From a virus, in IMG/VR virus record IMGVR_UViG_3300043622_000001, positions 1 to 53,246 of that record: a DNA stretch of 53,246 bases, one strand, 5' to 3'. A program made the position numbers and the translations under genes. The notes under the pieces are model-generated. The model did not search any database. It worked only from the letters and a program-made list of their open reading frames with translations, and was not told where the DNA came from. Positions 49,569-53,246 of this stretch are shown in pieces. Each line of letters opens with the position of its first letter. The first letter of the stretch is position 1.

Positions 49569-49885
49569 GACCCCTCCTCGGAGGCATCGGCCTCGCGCCG
49601 CCGGTCCTCGGACGCCACGGCCTCGGCGCTCTCGACCAGCAGCAGGTAGTCCGTCAGCCGGTCGCGCAGCCGCTCGACCGCGCGCGGCCCGCCCTCGAAG
49701 TGGAGCGTCAGCGATCCGTGACCGAGGCCCTTGAACGACAGCAGCGGCTGCAGATCGACGCCGTACTCCAGCGTCGTGATCTCGATGCCGGTCGCGGGCT
49801 TGATGAAGAAGCCGGCCGAGCACGTCGGCGGCTCGGCGGCCGCCGGCACGTCGCTCAGCTCCAGGTCCGTGCGGTACTCGCTCAC
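49565..49885 (-). CDS. Hypothetical protein (106 aa)
   Basis: GTG 49885 (GTGA) within ORF 49565..49972. Confidence 0.5.
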   Translation of the reverse strand: MSEYRTDLELSDVPAAAEPPTCSAGFFIKPATGIEITTLEYGVDLQPLLSFKGLGHGSLTLHFEGGPRAVERLRDRLTDYLLLVESAEAVASEDRRREADASEEGS

Positions 49886-50112
49886 CGCTCCACCGCCTCG
49901 ATGTAGCGGTCGACCGCCCGGCCGAGCGCCGTCATCTCGCGCTCGGTGCGGTCGACGTCTCGGGCGGACCAAGCCGCGCGCGTCCGGTCCACGCGCTCGA
50001 TGACCTCGCGCAGCTCCGGGAACAGGCGGGCGATGACGCGCCTCCGGATGACCGTGGCGTCGAGGCCGGCGGGGACCAGCCGCCCGTCCACCCGGTTGAT
50101 CCGGACGGGCAT
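49882..50112 (-). CDS. Hypothetical protein (76 aa)
   Basis: ATG 50112 (ATGA) within ORF 49882..50127. Confidence 0.5.
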   Translation of the reverse strand: MPVRINRVDGRLVPAGLDATVIRRRVIARLFPELREVIERVDRTRAAWSARDVDRTEREMTALGRAVDRYIEAVER

Positions 50113-50378
50113 CAGACGGCCACCCACTCGAACTGCACGGCCGCCTCGGGCACGGCGGTCAGCCCGACCGCCGCGAGCGTGGCCATCACGAGGTCCCAGG
50201 GCTGCTTGGGCTGGATGCGCTCGGTGGCGTCGGGGCTGACGACCGTCCAGTGGTCGCCCAGCGGGGCCACGGCGTACGGCTCGGGCTCGGTGACCGCGCC
50301 GGCCATCTCGGCCACGAGTTCCGCGCGGCGCCTGCGGGCGCGGTCGGCGCGGTCCTGCTGCAGCTGTGCCAAACTCAT
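50112..50378 (-). CDS. Hypothetical protein (88 aa), first gene of early operon E2
   Basis: ATG 50378 with an AAGGAGA Shine-Dalgarno 8 nt upstream. C-terminal part of shadow ORF 50112..50801. Confidence 0.55.
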   Translation of the reverse strand: MSLAQLQQDRADRARRRRAELVAEMAGAVTEPEPYAVAPLGDHWTVVSPDATERIQPKQPWDLVMATLAAVGLTAVPEAAVQFEWVAV

Positions 50379-50527
50379 GCGAACACGTCTCCTTGATGTG
50401 GTGGCCGTCGCGGGCTTTCTCAGGGCTTCCGCGGCGGCCTTTCTGTGTTCACGATTATTGCACGATAGACTGCGCTGTGCCAGCCGGATGCTTGCGTGAT
50501 TCGTGCTGGATGGAGTAGGATCGGCGC
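50379..50527. promoter_or_regulatory. Second divergent control region (operon E2 / MerR-like gene)
   Basis: AT-richer. CACGAT repeated at 50450 and 50461 (11-bp phasing). TTGCGT (50492-50497) - 18 bp - TAGGAT (50516-50521), 6 nt before ATG 50528, predicts a leaderless plus-strand transcript. Confidence 0.5.
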
Positions 50528-50758
50528 ATGGCCGTTGCGAATCCGTCGCTAGACTGGTGCACGGTGGGCGCACCCATCCCTCTCGATGATGTGGCGAAGG
50601 AGTTCGCCGTCTCCCCCCGGACGCTGTGGACGTGGGTTGGTCAGTTCGGCCTGACGAAGTACCGGATGCCCGGGAAGGGCAAGCTGACCTACCTCGACCC
50701 GGACGAAGTTCGACGGAAGGTGAAGGCCGTGCCCAAGCAGCCCCGGTCTGCTGGGTAG
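50528..50758 (+). CDS. MerR/excisionase-type HTH protein (76 aa): candidate excisionase or regulator
   Basis: 'LDDVAKEFAVSPRTLWTWVGQFGLTKYRMPGKGKLTYLDPDEV' is a typical actinophage MerR-like/Xis HTH. Confidence 0.7.
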   Translation: MAVANPSLDWCTVGAPIPLDDVAKEFAVSPRTLWTWVGQFGLTKYRMPGKGKLTYLDPDEVRRKVKAVPKQPRSAG

Positions 50759-50766
50759 GCGTCCTC

Positions 50767-50988
50767 TCAGCCACCCGCCCTCCCGCGCGCGGCCAACTCA
50801 ACCCGCGCGAACTTCGCCACCCGGACCTCCGCTCGCCGCAGCTCGGCGAACAGCACCGCGTCCGGTAGCGCCTGGGCGCAGTAGATGCCCATCGCCGGCC
50901 GGCAGTCCTTGCACCCGCCCGGGCCGCCGTTGCAGTGCTCGCGCAGGCGGGCGAGGACGGCAGCAGAGGGCTGAGCGGTTTGCTGCAT
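50767..50988 (-). CDS. Cys-rich hypothetical protein (73 aa)
   Basis: ORF track. 'HCNGGPGGCKDCRPAMGIYC'. Confidence 0.5.
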   Translation of the reverse strand: MQQTAQPSAAVLARLREHCNGGPGGCKDCRPAMGIYCAQALPDAVLFAELRRAEVRVAKFARVELAARGRAGG

Positions 50989-50991
50989 CGT

Positions 50992-51666
50992 TCAGGCCCT
51001 GGCCTCCGCCGTGTTCAGGACGCGACGGAGCGCGGCGCCGATGAACTCGGTGTAGGCCGGCGGGATGGCCTGGCGGGCCCCGCGCGCGGTGATCCACTCG
51101 ACACCGATCGCGGCCCGCCGCTCGGCCTCCGTGTATCGCGGCGGCATGCGCCGGCCAGCGGCCACACGTCCAGCCACGCGGTGGCCGATCAGCTCACCGG
51201 AGGCGACCCGGCCGCGACAGGAGCAGGGCGGCAGGAGCACGAGGGGCGGCTGGGGATGCAGCTCGAACAGTCGGTGCCGGCGCACCCGGAGCCCGAACAT
51301 CGTTCCGCACAGCAACACGGGGTTGACCAGCGGCGCACCGGGGACGTTCTCGATGACGAAGGGCAGGCCCGCTGCCAAGAGCTGAGGCCGCAGGGGCGTG
51401 ACCAGGTCGATGTGCGCGGCCTGCGTCGCCCGGTGGAGCGACGTGAAGAGCAGGCACGGCGGCGACGCGTGAATCGCGTCGAACGGGCCCAGCTCGCGCA
51501 GGAGCGCCGGCAGCCCCACCTCCATGATGTCCGCCTGGCAGAAGTGGTCCCCGGCGTACCGCGGCTGCGGCAGGATGTCCACGCCCGTGACGTGGAACCC
51601 GGCGAGTTGGTAGCCGCGAGCGGCCCCGCCGGCGGCGCTGAAGAGGTCCAGGAGCCGAGGCTGCAT
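50992..51666 (-). CDS. Compact DNA (cytosine-5)-methyltransferase
   Basis: ATG 51666 (ATGA overlap; the ORF track extends to GTG 51669). Motif I 'LDLFSAAGG', motif IV 'HASPPC', motif VI 'FVIENV', motif X-like 'QAIPPAYTEFIG'. Only 224 aa. Confidence 0.85.
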   Translation of the reverse strand: MQPRLLDLFSAAGGAARGYQLAGFHVTGVDILPQPRYAGDHFCQADIMEVGLPALLRELGPFDAIHASPPCLLFTSLHRATQAAHIDLVTPLRPQLLAAGLPFVIENVPGAPLVNPVLLCGTMFGLRVRRHRLFELHPQPPLVLLPPCSCRGRVASGELIGHRVAGRVAAGRRMPPRYTEAERRAAIGVEWITARGARQAIPPAYTEFIGAALRRVLNTAEARA

Positions 51667-51791
51667 CACCCCTTCCCCGCCTCCCGCGCGGCCGCCATCA
51701 GCAGCACGACCCCGCTGAGCGCGACCGTGCCGCCGGCGACGAAGGCCATCGCGAGGTAGGTCAGCAGCAGCCAGGCGGGGAGGTGGATCAC
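51666..51791 (-). CDS. Tiny membrane protein (41 aa)
   Basis: GTG 51791 (GTGA). 'VIHLPAWLLLTYLAMAFVAGGTVALSGVVLLMAAA'. Confidence 0.4.
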   Translation of the reverse strand: MIHLPAWLLLTYLAMAFVAGGTVALSGVVLLMAAAREAGKG

Positions 51792-52048
51792 AGGTGGTCC
51801 TCGCCGCTCGCCAGCGCCGCCTCGGCCTCCTGCTGGAGCAGGTCCACCCCGTCGCGCCGGTACTGCGCCGCGTGCTCCCGGCACCAGCGCACCCACTGCT
51901 CCTGCGTGCACGAGCACTTGATTCCCTCGCGCTCGTAGGACATCGGGCTCAGGGGCCAGCCGTCCAGGACCGTCCGCGAGGGCAGGGAGCCCGCGATCGC
52001 CACGTCACCGGCGCGCGGGCGCTCGAAGCAGCGGAGCGGCCGGGTCAC
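51788..52048 (-). CDS. Hypothetical protein (86 aa)
   Basis: GTG 52048 (GTGA) within ORF 51788..52090. Confidence 0.5.
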   Translation of the reverse strand: MTRPLRCFERPRAGDVAIAGSLPSRTVLDGWPLSPMSYEREGIKCSCTQEQWVRWCREHAAQYRRDGVDLLQQEAEAALASGEDHL

Positions 52049-52362
52049 GCCACGTCCTCGGAACTTGCCCAGGCTGTCGGCTTGCCCCAATCACGGCCAC
52101 AGCCCGCACAGTGGGCATTCCGAGTCCCGCCCTCGGTCACGATCTCGAACGGCGCCCCGTGAACCGGGCAGAACCCCTCGCTGAAGTCGGCCTTGGCCAC
52201 GCGGAAGGCTCGCTCCCGGAGGTCGCGAGGAGCGTCGGTCGCCCGCAGGATCGCGCGGACGGTCACGTCGGTTCGCCGCGCCCGAGTCATCGCCACCTGA
52301 AGAAGCCAGCGGGCCTCCGGATCGCGGTCGCCGGGCGGGCGGTAGCGGAGGCGGCGGGTCAC
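52045..52362 (-). CDS. Zinc-ribbon hypothetical protein (105 aa)
   Basis: GTG 52362 (GTGA) within ORF 52045..52656. 'CPVHGAPFEIVTEGGTRNAHCAGCG'. Confidence 0.5.
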   Translation of the reverse strand: MTRRLRYRPPGDRDPEARWLLQVAMTRARRTDVTVRAILRATDAPRDLRERAFRVAKADFSEGFCPVHGAPFEIVTEGGTRNAHCAGCGRDWGKPTAWASSEDVA

Positions 52363-52763
52363 CGGGGGTCCGCCAGGTAGACGACGATCACTGAGTGCTC
52401 CGGCTCCCGCGTCGGGACCTGGAGCTGCGCCACGCTGACGACGCTGCACCAGCGCGGGGAGTCGTCCACGACGAGGACGCCCTTCAGCCCGTCGAGCAGC
52501 GGCTTGACGGACGCCCAGGCGTTGTCCGTGTCCAGCAGGCGGTGCCGGTGCAGCGTGAAGGCGACCCAGCGCGGCGCCGGCTCGACGCGGTCCAGCGGCG
52601 GCCAGCCGGCCGCATTGCGGGCGCTCTGAGCGAGAGTCCAGGCGAGCTGCTTCCACCGGTCCTTGCGGGCGTGCAGCGCCATGTGGTGGCCGCGCTCGTT
52701 CGTCCAGGCCGGCGGCACGCCGGGGATCAGGACGCGGGCGGTCGTGGCCATGGCGGCGCTCAT
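52359..52763 (-). CDS. rusA: RusA-family Holliday junction resolvase
   Basis: 134 aa. 'LLDTDNAWASVKPLLDGLKGVLVVDDS' matches the RusA D-x-D-N...K...D...DD core. Confidence 0.8.
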   Translation of the reverse strand: MSAAMATTARVLIPGVPPAWTNERGHHMALHARKDRWKQLAWTLAQSARNAAGWPPLDRVEPAPRWVAFTLHRHRLLDTDNAWASVKPLLDGLKGVLVVDDSPRWCSVVSVAQLQVPTREPEHSVIVVYLADPR

Positions 52764-52885
52764 CGCCCGCTCCCGTGCAGAACGAGCTGGACCAGGAACG
52801 TGCCGACGAACACGACCGGCCCGAGCACGATGAGCGCGGCCGCGATGGCCAAGCCCTCGACCACGCCGAGCGCGAAGTCCCTCAC
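52760..52885 (-). CDS. Tiny membrane protein (41 aa)
   Basis: GTG 52885 (GTGA). 'VRDFALGVVEGLAIAAALIVLGPVVFVGTFLVQLVL'. Confidence 0.4.
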   Translation of the reverse strand: MRDFALGVVEGLAIAAALIVLGPVVFVGTFLVQLVLHGSGR

Positions 52886-53112
52886 GCCGCCGCGCGGTTC
52901 TTGCCGCCGCCAGCGCCGCCGGGAGCGTCGGGGTCCGGCTTCTTGCCGTTGGGGTTCGGGTCGGGGTTGGGGTTCGTGGCCAGCTCGCCTCGGTAGCACG
53001 CCAGGGCCTCGCTGGGGCTCGCGTGCCAGCAGCGGCACTCGCCCGGGTGCCCGTTCAGCGAGGTCCAGCGGACCTGCCGGCGGGAACCGCTCGCCGCGTG
53101 GTCCTGACCCAT
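52882..53112 (-). CDS. Hypothetical protein (76 aa), first gene of early operon E1
   Basis: ATG 53112 within ORF 52882..53181. Cys/His N-terminal half and a 'NPNPDPNPNGKKPDPD' low-complexity tail. Confidence 0.5.
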   Translation of the reverse strand: MGQDHAASGSRRQVRWTSLNGHPGECRCWHASPSEALACYRGELATNPNPDPNPNGKKPDPDAPGGAGGGKNRAAA

Positions 53113-53119
53113 CACGAAC

Positions 53120-53246
53120 CGCAGCCCGCTCACCGGCCGGTGCCTCCGCACTGGCAGGGCCAGCCGCCGCAGATCCTGCACGGCGCCCGCAGGCCCCGCG
53201 GCCCGCTCGGGGCGGGCGAGGGGACCGGGCCCGAAGGCCCGGCCCC
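53120..53246. repeat. Terminal direct repeat, copy 2 (identical to 1..127)
   Basis: Read directly. See copy 1. Confidence 0.95.

Larger units (their letters stand above)
1..53246. mobile_element. Complete circular temperate siphovirus-like phage genome (prophage or phage-plasmid) of a high-GC actinobacterium; unique length 53,119 bp
   Basis: Identical 127-nt ends. Full HK97-type structural set (HNH, TerL, portal, protease, MCP, G/G-T, TMP), lysogeny genes and recombination/replication genes. No host housekeeping genes seen. Confidence 0.85.

Overview
This is a very GC-rich window. Its first 127 nt are identical to its last 127 nt, so it reads as one complete circular element of 53,119 unique bp. 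It is a temperate, HK97-type siphovirus-like genome of an actinobacterial host (prophage or phage-plasmid). It carries about 100 tightly packed genes, more than 90% on the minus strand, chained by pervasive ATGA/GTGA stop-start overlaps. No host genes, rRNA, tRNA or CRISPR array were recognised by eye.

Modules, read along the minus strand:
- Lysogeny switch (472-2658): divergent Cro-like and XRE HTH genes, then a tyrosine recombinase.
- Early operon E1 (53112-50767): RusA, a compact C5 DNA methyltransferase and small membrane proteins.
- Second divergent control region with a MerR/Xis-like gene (50379-50758).
- Early operon E2 (50378-40091): YqaJ exonuclease and RecT, Dam-type N6-methyltransferase, a replisome organiser with iterons inside its own gene, a possible Mom-like protein, and a sigma region-4-like regulator.
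- A plus-strand cassette with a second tyrosine recombinase (38837-40038).
- Late operon: HNH, TerL, portal, prohead protease, major capsid, head-tail joining genes, major tail, G/G-T chaperones with a GGGAAAA -1 frameshift site, tape measure and minor tail proteins.
- Lysis and envelope genes (15295-11186).

Three accessory blocks stand out:
1. An 11-gene, translationally coupled operon (8569-2772). It encodes a TraB-type membrane FtsK/SpoIIIE translocase, a DUF2637-like protein, a lytic transglycosylase, Spd-like small membrane proteins and a GNAT. This is the gene content of Streptomyces-plasmid/AICE dsDNA transfer modules.
2. A divergent operon (8652-10938) with a MerR-HTH::Nudix fusion (Pif-like), a membrane-anchored GIY-YIG nuclease and duplicated small membrane proteins.
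3. A 7-gene sugar-modification cassette (25196-29825) with an SDR epimerase/dehydratase, two SAM methyltransferases and three glycosyltransferases. It sits between the capsid and head-tail connector genes, which suggests virion glycosylation.

All functional calls come from motifs read by eye. No database search was run.
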